From Ylistrum balloti (taxonomy: Eukaryota): a DNA stretch of 64,000 bases. The notes below the pieces were generated by a model. The model saw nothing but the letters and a program-made list of their open reading frames with translations, did no database searches and had not been told where the DNA came from. Made by a program: the position numbers and the translations under genes. Shown piece by piece: positions 36,301 to 48,300 of this stretch (position 1 is the stretch's first letter; each line of letters opens with the position of its first letter). The stretch covers positions 1,798,001 through 1,862,000 of the forward strand of contig NW_026782299.1 of NCBI RefSeq assembly GCF_031769215.1. The letters run 5' to 3'.

Positions 36301-39300
36301 GATAATGTAAATATTTCACTAATAATGTGTAATTGGGTTAATTTGATAAAGAAATAATCAATACGGAATTAACGTGAAACATTGTTTGTTCCAATCAGTG
36401 TGAAAATGTAAAATTTTCATGGAAGTAGTTCCAATACAGCACGTGTGTCACACATGAGACATATCATGTAGTTGAAGCCGTGAAATCACATGTACATACT
36501 AAGTTTACAATATACTCCAAAAATTTTCTTTCCGTAAAAGCACAGCCAAATTCTATTACTTTAATAGAAATTCGAGGCTTCTTGATAGAGTCACGCTGAT
36601 CAACATCGTGAAAACTGTCTCTGTAACCCAGATTTCCACACAACAGTTGTCTTATGCTATGTTTTAAACAAAGTGAAACGTACAAATTATTCACAATTTT
36701 TATAAAGGCAGTCTGAATTGAATGTCATTTTTCCTGTCTTTCAGAGGATTTTAAGAGATCCACGTCAACGCTGTTTGATCCCCCCAAAAAACAAATGTCC
36801 AGTCTGGTAAGTACCAATCATCCTTATTCGTGTTGAATTGGAATTGTTTTAAATTTTGTCTGGTGTTGTTAACTTCAAATGTGATGAAATCTACATAGAT
36901 TTTACAGTAAGACCAATAGATTTCCCGTATGTTTGTCTAGCTAGTACAATAGATAATTCAATATCTTGTTTCACAAGTAGACACCTCCATACATTCGTTT
37001 GGTCTGATAAGTAGACACCTCCATACACTCGTTTGAAGTAGACAACTCCATACATTCGTTTGGTCTGACAAGAAGACACCTCCATACATTCGATTGGTGT
37101 GACAAGTAGACACCTCCATACATTCGTTTAGTCTGTCAAGTAGACACCTCCATACATTCGTTTCGTCTGTCAAGTAGACACTTCCATACATTCGTTTTTT
37201 TCTGTAAAGTAGACATCTCCATACATTCGTTTGGTCTGATAAGAAGACAACTCCATACATTCGTTTGGTCTGTCAAGTAGACACATCCATACATTCGTTT
37301 GGTATGACAAGTAGACACCTCCATACATTCGGTTTTTCTGTCAAGTAGACAACTCCATACATTCGTTTGGTCTGACAAGTAGACACCTCCATACATTCGA
37401 CTGGTCTGACAAGTAGACACCTCCATACATTCGATTGGTCTGACAAGTAGTCACCTCCATACATTCGTTTAGTCTGTCAAGTAGACACCTCCATACATTC
37501 GTTTAGTCTGTCAAGTAGACACCTCCATACATTTTTGTCTGTTGATATCATTACGATGTTTTGTGTGTGTTGGAAATTTTCACTTTTCTTCCTTGCTGAT
37601 TTTTGTTGTCTTGGTTTACAGGAAATCACACAAACAGGAAAACAGCTACACAGACACTACACAACGCCCGACGAGCTGAAGTAAGTACATGTATAATTGT
37701 ATCACGTGTCAATGTGACGTCATATTTAGGTTTTTACTTGACAGAAAAGAGACATATTCCTTACCATCGATTTGTTTAGCAGAGATGGGGAATACACAAC
37801 GAACCATACTTGCTGAACATAAATCAAACTTTCTTAATTTATAGGAAAGCCAAAGAGGAATGGTCAGATTTCCTGAACAGATCCCCAGAACGTTTTAACA
37901 TTAAACTGCCCGAACTTCCGGACAGCAAAGGTAAATCATAAAATCATAATTGACTTTACACAAATAACACAGATGTTAAACGCAGAATTACACAGATTGA
38001 TTGCAGATCATTGTTTAACCCGTTTTATATGTTCATGATAATTAAACAACGCTGATGCTGAATAGATCACAGTGGTATTTGTAGATACATGACAAAATTC
38101 ACATCAGAACTGAACTATTAAAATAACCGAAAGGAGTTTTTTTAACATAGAGTGACATTATTGTTGAATTCAGAAGATTGATGAGGCATAAAGAGATCCT
38201 TGTCTTTTACTTGTCTGTATTTATTTTTGGTCTGAATCTTTTACGTTAAAATATGTTAAACCCCGTCAAGTTTCTTACAAAATCGACCACTAGAAAAGGT
38301 ATTTTTAAGGTATCATAATAAGCATTTATATATAATTTGTTGAAAATGTTCGACAGATGTTCTATATATCGAGTAACACACTCTTTATTACAGATCAGAG
38401 GTTTTTGGGATACTCTGTACGGTACCTCAGACCTGAGATCACGAAATCCTGGAGGGTAAGTGACGCAAGTGATATTCCCTGTGATTAGTCAGATTTATAA
38501 GTATGATCGTTTTTAATTGGTCATAATGTATAATGCTATTGATTTGTAATTGGTTAAGTATATTTGTCTACGATTATCTACAGATACATTACTTGAAATG
38601 CAGCATTTATTTGCATATTTAGTGCTACACTTGGAGAAACGACTGCGCATACATGTAGATACATTTATTAGGGAGATACAAAATCCAAATTGATGATATT
38701 CCATCCATTTCTACATCTCGTTATTTGTGACGTCACAAGGCACATGACGCCATGAAGTTATGACGTCATAATGGAAAAATAGGAACCTACAGCCAATCAA
38801 ATTCTGCTAGGTCATATTACACAAGTGATACAACAAATTACAATGTTGCGTGTTATTACACTGATAACGGTGTAGTATCTATCATATGCTTGCTGTTTTT
38901 CAGTGAATTTATGTATGTAGTATTTTGTCGTTTTGGTATTTTGATTATATTGTGACGTCGATCACTATGAAGATGGTAGATTAAGAACTGACACTGAGTA
39001 TCCGTTTGAAGTGGTAGAGAACGTTTCTGCAATATTTGCCAGATTTATTCATTATGTAATAAACAGGAACGTTAATTCATTTCGATTTCAAATGTGATTA
39101 TGAAACTCGTCACTAATTTTGACTCGTTTGAAATCTTATACAAAATTGTAACAGTAAGATCATAGTTGTGATGTCATTTTAGGAGTCGCCAGTGATACTA
39201 GGGTCATAAGTTTAGAAATATAGACCGGGAATTAAAATGTAATCAGGAAAAATTAAAATCGATATTGAAAAATAAAATAAAATACAGAGAATATGGTGAT

Positions 39301-40130
39301 TGATTTCACCAACTCCGGTTAACACCAACGGGATATAATTTAAAAAAAAACGAATGCTTTGTTTGATTTACATTGGACTGAACGTTCTTGATGTCTTACA
39401 CTTCAAGCATATTGTTTCACATCAGAATACTGTTAAAACATGTGTTTCTTTTGTGTGTGTTACAGTACACCTTAAAACAGGAGCCAACTCTGGACCAGTA
39501 CGGACAGCGGCCAATGCCTGCTAACGTTTTGTAAGTATTTTAAAGTGTGCTGACGTCATTGAGTGAACACGTCTCGAAATGATGACGCGACATCCGTTTT
39601 CCGAAGTTTTGCCACGTCTACTAATACCGTTATCTTACGAAAGCCAGGGTTCTTTCTTTTAAACTATTTTGGCATTATCAAAATTAACAACAGCATTACA
39701 TGACTGTTTTAACCATATGATTATATACCGGCCACTTTATATTATAACAAAGCAGTCAGCTGATCGGGAACTATATAATAAGTAGGAAAGAAACTGCATG
39801 GAGGACCACCTAGATACATGTAGATATGACACATGTCAGGGTCGTGTACTTACAGTATTGAGTAACGGTATGGTTGTATAGTGTAAGGTAGTCTCATCTA
39901 AGCTGTAACGGACTTGGAAAGCAGTCACGGTCAGTAAATTGCTTTTTGAAATGCTAGAAAGAGACAGTTCTTCAGTTTAAGGAGGATCGTATTAATATTG
40001 TTAAATACGAAATAATGAACCACATTTCGTTTCTTTAAATGTGTTTTTTCTTTTCTTGGTATTCAGTGCCCGATACAGGGATACTTACCCACAGTACAGT
40101 AGAAACATCTCTTCAGAGGCGTGGAGATAA
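30396..40130 (+). CDS. TEPP: TEPP/SPMIP8 orthologue (sperm/ciliary microtubule inner protein), 206 aa
   Basis: Exons 30396-30618, 36745-36806, 37622-37680, 37845-37930, 38394-38455, 39466-39530, 40067-40130 (TAA); phases 1,0,2,1,0,2 are consistent; total 621 nt. QLAAVKDGLFHPNLPSFRRMDMDT...LPYEHCRTTT, GYSVRYLRPEITKSWRY and LDQYGQRPMP match recalled human TEPP ([51 protein letters not shown]). AATAAA at 40845. Confidence 0.9.
34640..35632. repeat. ~57-bp minisatellite with higher-order dimers, in TEPP coding intron 1
   Basis: Core CCCGAAAGCTCCCGTATTGTGTCTAACTGGGGTTGTGTACCGTTACTGGGGTAAA; dimer periods of 116 (34925/35041) and 101 (35171/35272/35373). Confidence 0.9.
36141..36214 (+). mobile_element. 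tRNA-Thr(AGT)-derived SINE head or tRNA pseudogene
   Basis: A-box-like AGCTCGATCGGTTGAGC, anticodon loop CTAGTAA and B-box GGTTCGAATCC. The acceptor stem does not pair; an A-run follows. Confidence 0.65.
36970..37530. repeat. 34-bp minisatellite, about 17 copies, in a TEPP intron
   Basis: Unit GACAAGTAGACACCTCCATACATTCGTTTGGTCT; period 34 measured at 36975/37009. It explains the repetitive minus-strand ORFs in the track. Confidence 0.93.
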
Positions 40131-42349
40131 TCACCAAACCAGTGTTTCAAACGGAGATAATAATTTAGAAAATTTGTAACAAAAAATATCGAGGACCAAC
40201 CATCAGTTTTGTTACAAACATTTTGATCAGTTAAAATCGTCAACACATGAAGTAGTCATTGCTCAAATTTTTGTCGCTGTACACTTGTTAAACCGGATCT
40301 GGAAACACGAGTATAATAGACAAAACCGTCAGGGCGGATTTGTGGATCCGGATTTACTCTGAAGTATTTTCTGATAAGCCCATATCAGTATTCCTTGTTA
40401 CATTTTTTGTTCCATTTTTATCATAGTTTATATAGATAAAGACTATTTCTATAGTTGTTTACAACAATTGTCCTTTGTGATATTTATACCTTAAAATACT
40501 ATTTATACAAAGCGTGTTATTCTTATATGTAAATTAGGTCAGAGTGAGGAGCTTTATGAAAATATAATAGTAGCGATGCAAATATTATTATTCAAATTTT
40601 AAAGTTACTTTTTCAAGAAACAAATTCGTAATTTACATATTAATTTACCAGGATTTTTTTTCTATTTTTTTGTCAATTTGCGAACGTTAAGCTTTTTTCA
40701 TTACTGTATGGCGAGAATTTCATATATCTCAATATTTCCAGTGTATCCTCCTCTGTTCCTAAAGATCAGTATTACATGTTGTTGTTGATGTACCAGAGTA
40801 TTATTTTATCATGTTCCTGCAGTGCAGTGTTCAGGCTCTCTGTAAATAAACATTTTACCGAAAATCTGTTGTTTTTATTCTTTATGTTATATCAGCTGTT
40901 TCAATTAAGTCGTGAGTTATGATTAATATTCATGAAACTATTCAATGTAATATAATATCGGGATAATTTACATATCATCATTTTGTTTAAATCTTTAAAA
41001 TGTTACCTTAAGTACATTCCAAATCATATCCTTGTTGCAAATCATAAAATCATTCAAATCTAACCATTTTTATACTGCAATTCAAAATTTCCCTGTCCTG
41101 TGCCTGCCTAAATTCACATCAATATGTTCGAATAAAAATTGTCTTTTAATTCGGCTAATATCTTGCTTTCAATCAATATCGTTTTCAACCTCTTAATTAT
41201 TACTGTGGACCTTCATTGTAATTATGTAATTATATTTCAGTTCAAACTATATGGGCTGCTATTCAAAGCATTACGTTGCCTGAAAGCAAAGTTATTAGCC
41301 CTTGATACCACGTCATTATACCATGCTTGAATTAAAAACGGGTTTTATGTTTAGATTCAGTTGCTGTCGTGCTAGGAATTAATAAGATAAAAATTAATTA
41401 CTCAAATTTAAAGAATTTTTAACAGCCTTAGCATTAAGTCATTGCCTTCAGGTTGTAAGTACCCTTTCATATGGCGGAATTATTGTTACTGACACGTTTC
41501 ATTCTGACGTAAATGTTTTTAGAAACAGTTTACGAAATAAAAGCTTTTACCGATTTTTTGAAACACAATTCAAATGTGGATGTTGTCATTTAGGTAGACA
41601 TTCCTCTTTGATGATAAGTACGTATATCAAAAGAGTTCGGATATGGGAAATGGTTGTGCCATTTTTTAATTGAAACCTCAATTTTCACGAAACGATTTTT
41701 GTATTAGTTTCCTGCTCACTTACGAGAAAATCTCATAATATACGATTCAATTAATATATATATATATATATATATATATAATAAAAACTTGTCAACACAT
41801 TCATATAACTTTAAAACCGAGTGATTTAATATGGAATGTATAAATGTACATAGTCAATAACCCCGATAATTAACAGAATGGTTGTTTCCCGAATGACACA
41901 ATATTCCGTTAGGATGAATGAATGACAGAAAAGTAAATACAGCACACGATTGTAGTAACGGGAAAATAAATTTTGTTTAAACTCCCGGATGGCTACACAT
42001 TTAGGAATTACAAAGCATAAATTGTTCCAACGTTTCCTTTGATACGTTTAAAATAATAATTATCAACTCTTGTTTTCGGTATTCACTCCTACTTTACATA
42101 TGTCAATTGCTTATTGTGACGTCATGCATAATTTGCCTTCCATGACGTCATTTTTAGTGTCTTATTAAGCCTTCCATTAGATATGTTTGCTGGCGACTAG
42201 CCCCTGGGATTGACAAGGAGATTTAACGTAGCTGCAACAGCAGTCAGACCTTTTATATCTTTTACTCACTATATAATAACAGTTCTTATTCAAAAAGTTA
42301 AAACCATGTCAATTTCAAATCTACACGGCTTCCTATTTCTTCCATGACG

Positions 42350-45300
42350 TCACAATTCCTCGTGAAGATGAATCTTTGGTTTTTCCACCACATCTCTATC
42401 GTTTTCCTCTTCGTCTCCCTCGTCTGCGCTGACAATTGATGGCATTTTCCTCACGTACTCCTTCTTTGGTTTGATGTCCTGGACATGGACAAATTCAGAC
42501 TGGTATTTATTTTTCTTAAAAACAGCCTTACCGAGTTCATCCACCAACTGGTTGAGAATGTTCTTCCTTTTGGTGAAGTATTCCACAGTTTTCGGAAAGG
42601 TCACCTCTGTAAAGAAATAAATACTCACAGTTCATTTTTCAAGTTACACGATTGTAGATACAGGTCTAAAACATCGATTATTGCTTTATTTTTTGTTTTT
42701 TCGATTTTGTATATTTTATTTAATGGTGACATTCGGGTAAATAAGACTAACCGTCAGTATATGCAAGGGCCTTCAGAACTGCCATTCGTTCCTCGTCTAG
42801 CGTGTCCACTTTTCCGTGGTGTTCTACAAACTCCAGCAGATAGATATAATAATCAGCAAATCTAAAACAGACAGATATTATTGAACTGAAGCCGAATCAT
42901 GTTTTATTTTTTTTCAATACAGAACAAGTACATTTTGTCATCGTTGAACCAACACCAAGTTGTATTTCAACATGAAATACATAAGATGCTTCATGACTTT
43001 ATTCAAATTGTTCAAAGATGCAAATAACTGTAAAGAAAATTTCATTAACGTTTGAATATAATCAATTAAAAGATAAAATCGACAGAATATCATGTCGTGC
43101 TAAATCGGTCCCTTCGGCACCTTCCGTGTAAGAAACGACGCACGTCACATTTACGGAAAGTGACGAAGGTTCTCGATCCTTACAACGGAAACCAAATATG
43201 CTCTTATCTTGATAGGTTTAAATGATATTTTTAACACGTTTTTTTTCTTCAAATATTTCAAACCATTTCTGTCGATAAGATTAACCCACGTTTGATACAG
43301 AAATGCCGATATCCAAACCACCGTCGTTTATGTAGTCCGGAGGGGACATTTTGAGATAGTAGCATGTCAAGAGCCGATCAGCTATTTATAGATTGTCAAC
43401 GAATGCATCATTTATCTAGTGTTTTACCAAACATTTACTTTTTCATTACACGCACATTGATATTTGATTGACAGGACCATAAAGGTACTGACAAGTATTT
43501 AAACTGAAAAGTCATTCATTTGAAATTGAGCTTCATTTGTCATTTACTGCATACACGAGATGCAAAATGCACTGAAATATTTAAAATTGTAAGGTAAGAA
43601 TGCCGATATGATATATGTGACAACTGAGCAAGAAAACTAGAAGACAACTGGAAATTAGTCTAAACCTTCCCGCTTCAAATTCTCAGTCACAATCAACATC
43701 AATTTCAGGTTAATATTACATCAACATCGACTCATGTTTGTACCTTTCGCATAGATGATGATGTTCATCAATTCCATCGTGAGATATTCGCTGCGTGAAA
43801 GTGCAAAATTCATAGGAATCTTAAATATTAGACAAGAATGTCCGTTCTATGTACTATGGTACATCGCGCTTCGTCGCTGCTATATTGAATGTCCCCTCCG
43901 GACCAGGTAAACGGCAGTGGAAATCGTTACATCGAATTTCTTAGTAACATATAGGGTGGTTATTGTACGATATACTTACTCATTCATTTCGTATTTCTTG
44001 GCGATATCTTTAGCTGCTACCAGTAGTTCACTCTATAGAAGATAATTTCAGTATCAGTTATCGTTGTGGGCAATTTAACTATTTGGATAAGGAACAATAT
44101 ATAGCCAAACATCTACTACGTAAACAAATCAATTATCATTCCTTGTTTTGTAAATAACGAGGATATGAAAAAAATATCGTGAATGAAGTGAGAATTGAAT
44201 AATTTGATATTTCTCGAGCGTTTCAAAGTTAGTCTTTACATAAAACACAATTTCCATATTTAGATTTCAACGGAAAATACGCATTCGCTAGGCATGTGAC
44301 GTCATTATTAAGGATAAAGATTAAATATTTTAAATCAAATTGCCATAACAGTTTTTTTTGTGAAATACACAATCAATACTAGGTACAGCATGCGGCAAAA
44401 GCAAAAAATTTCGTGCATATTGATATATACTTGATATTTGATACAGGTCATATTATTCAGAAATGTGTTCCATTGTGAATATTTTTTTCAATAATGATTA
44501 ACACGAGGTGCCAGTCCCCTCCCCCTTCCAAAGCCCTTGCGTGCCGAGATTACCATCTGAGTGGCTTTCCTGATGACCTCGATGTTATCTGCGATGAGGT
44601 TATCGAAGTCAGAAATACGTCCTGCCTGAAAATATTCCATGTTATAAATGTTGACAAAAATGTTTCAGCAAGAGATTGTTTAAACGTTTTTTTATAAACG
44701 ATCATCATAAAAATTGAAAATTAAAAATTTCAGTTAATCTTCTCATGATGCCTGATATTTATTTTTGTAGTACGTAATTCTTTCGGAAACCGTTACCTTG
44801 GAAGGAAGTGAACCATCCTTGGAACGGGACACGCCCGTACGGTCTTCCACAAAGCCCATAAACTCCAGTTTCCGCATGGATCCTCCGTAACGCTTCTTCA
44901 CTTGCTTATCACCATTTTCTATCCAGAACAACGATGGGAAAGCCACAGTCACGAACCTAAAATTTGCAGCATACAATATTTGTTGATATAAGGACTTCAA
45001 AGTGGACGACTTTGTGGCTCTTAATATTGTTATATCAACCACTTCACTATCATCGTTCTGACACGAAAACTTTGGTTATATTGTGAACATTGTCTCTATA
45101 AACGCTTGACTGAAGAAAAACATATATTTTCAATTAGATAAAAATTTCAACGTCCCACATAGATCGTTGTTGAAGTATGAAAAACATGGTATACATACTG
45201 TTTACGAAGCTCGGGCTCTGTTCGTACGTCAAAATGGAGAAACGACACCTGGTGGTGACAAAGTGAATTATATTTGATAAACATATCCCATGATGATGAG

Positions 45301-48300
45301 TATGCGAATTATTGTTTTTATGGACATATACTATCAAACGAAATCAAGTTACTGATAAAACATCGCCTGGCGGTGTCAAAGGGAAGTACACCGCCTGGCG
45401 GTGTCAAAGGGAACTACACCGCCTGGCGGTGTCAAAGGGAAGTACACCGCCTGGCGGTGTCAAAGGGAACTACACCGCCTGGCGGTGTCAAAGGGAAGTA
45501 CACTGCCTGGCGGTGTCAAAGGGAAGTACATCGCCTGGCGGTGTCAACGGAAACTACATTGGTATAAACATCCTCATCTGGTGAAAAATGGAGCTATAAA
45601 TTCAATGGTAAGAGAGGAGGATAATATTTTACAACTGAGTGACTTTCGTGGTTGGTGAGTAATGTTCGTTAATTGACTGATCCTATTTTGCCCCTTCAGC
45701 TCATTCTTTTCTGAATAAAGAACTAAATCATTGTTTGCCTCCTCTCACCTCATCATCATTCCTGAAGATCCGAGCTAGTTCTTTGAATTTTTCAAAAGTG
45801 TCGTCATTTGCTGAGAAAAAAAAACACAGAAAATATTCAAGTCTGTTAGTGTGTTTACAGATAAAGACGGAATAAAAAGCTAACACTTTTATTATGTAGT
45901 AAACAACGATACTCCATATAAAATGATAATATAAAAAAGATGCATCTCTACCCGGGTTGTCGCTCCTGAAGTTTGTATTGCAATCTTGAATTTCTGCAAA
46001 TACTGTGATCTGATTGGTCAAAATTAGTGAAAATATTTCACAACAAAAATTCAATAATTTTCGTATTTAACAATTTAAAATGTTTCTTGACCAGTTCATT
46101 AAATGGATCACATTTTATACACCACTTACTGTTGTCATATAGGAGAATCATAGCCTTCAGTCCCCAAGTGGAGATGATTTCGTGATAGTTGTACGAGTCC
46201 AGGCGTGTCGAGTACTCCTTGATGACATCTTCAGAATCTGTGCCCAATTTATTGGAAATAAGATTCACAATGGTATCCACTGTGATATCGCCTTCAAACC
46301 TGTCAACATATCACCCACAAATACCTCTAGTCTGTAATGTTTCGTACAATCAATGGTTCTGACGCAATGACGTCACACAACTGACTTTTTTTCAGATTAA
46401 GGGTAGAAATTGATGTCGACATGTAAAATGTTATTGCATATGTCTGAAATTGTTTGAAAAAAAGGAAACGATAGTAGCAGGTTATACCAAGGAATATATA
46501 TACATATCTATATCGAAGTCCGTGGTGATACATAACTTAGACATGAATTATACGTCATCATATTTGCACTTTCTCTAAGAACGATCCAATCACAGCTTCT
46601 TATCTATACAGTGTACTTACTTTGTGAACTGTTGTTTCCCCGCCTCAAAGTACCCGATGGTAGGGAAGACATCAACATTATATTTCAAGGCTAGAGCCTT
46701 ACTACGCATGCGCCCAAATATCACATCCTGTTCGTACGACTGGGAGGCTGACCAAAACTTGGGAAAGACTAGGCCACAGGGTGTGCACTCTAAAAAACGT
46801 GGAATATTTCACACTGTGTACAATATCATTTTTTTTGGCTTACATGGTGTTTACTTACAAATGTACTGATCAACTAAGCTTATATCTCTAGCAGAAATAG
46901 TATTACACATCACACACACCCTCACACACATAGCCTAATCGGGAACCCTCGGCACTTTCCGCAAGCGAGAAAATGTTCTCGCTTACGGAAAATGCCGATG
47001 GTTCCCGATTGACACATAGCCTAGTCTGTAGGTGACGTTGCCTTCATTGTGACGTCATTACTTGATTCTACAGTAGGAATGTCGGTATCGTTATCGTCTA
47101 TGGTAGGTATAGAAATTAAATTGTCATTCGATATTGTCTTCCATTTCTATATTTCCATTCCCATTCCTGAGAGGTGGAAAAGAATTTTGATATATAAGAT
47201 GCTTTAATCAGTCTGCGGACAAGTTTCCAAAAGTGTCTTGAGTTCGTGTTGCTAAGTAGTCAAGTCTCAAGACTGAGTCAAACCAAATTCTACTAATTAC
47301 ATGTACAAGTGTCCGGGCCCAGTGAGCTCCAGTGACTGCTAGAACGTTTCAGTCTTTGGCTATATAGTGGAAGGCAGTTTGACCGATGTGCGCTACCGTG
47401 ACGTAGTTATACGTCATCAAGTTTTCCCGTTGAGCCGTAATAGTCATCTTAACATTGATTTGCAGCAGGACAACTCACGACCTCATGCTGCATTGGGACA
47501 TATCTACAATAGCAGAAGTCACCGTGCTACCTTAGCATGTTGTGTCTCAGGGTTTTATCTCTAGTGGAGAAAGTTTGGGATGAAATAGGACGACGTCTAC
47601 GTCAGGAGTCAAACCTGTAACGTTGGGCGTGTGACGTATTACATTGTCAGGTATATGACAGATTACTCCCAAGTATTTCACTGTCGATCAGTTCCGTGCG
47701 TAGAAGATGTGTGGCATGGTGAACGTACATAATATTGAACTTGTGAAACCGAATTTGCATACCCTACTTTTATGAGTCTATACATTTTAATCCAAATGTA
47801 CAGAATGTCTGATTCACTTACGAAGACAATGCATTGTAAGTAAAGATTTGGTACAAAATGTAACTTATTATTTTGTGTTCGAGTTAATGGATTACACAGT
47901 ATAAATACATATTGTCTATTAGTATACCTAATCTAGATAAGATTCGTATAACCCTTTTTACCAATTATTCACAACATATTTTACCGATATGAAACTATGC
48001 GGGAAAAACATATATGATAGCAGTGCAAAACTGTTGTTCCTCCCATAATGTACAATGTGGGTGTTGGAAATCCATCATTGTGATACTTACTTGATTTTGT
48101 GACTAACACCAACAAAAACTTCTTTTTATCCAATAACTGAAAACAAAAGATAAATAACTTAAAGAACTTACATCGTAAGGTATAAACCATACAAAATTAA
48201 CTGTATAAATGTTCGTAATACCTCGGCAAATTTCGTTTAAACTCGTAACCGAGTCTGCACGGAATTTCCCGAGATGACTTGATTGTGAATCAATCTATAT

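Noticed and set aside
43744-43790. Candidate PDI exon DEYLTMELMNIIIYAK
   Set aside because: It exits in phase 1, which is incompatible with the phase-2 exon at 42861 that carries the better D-domain match.
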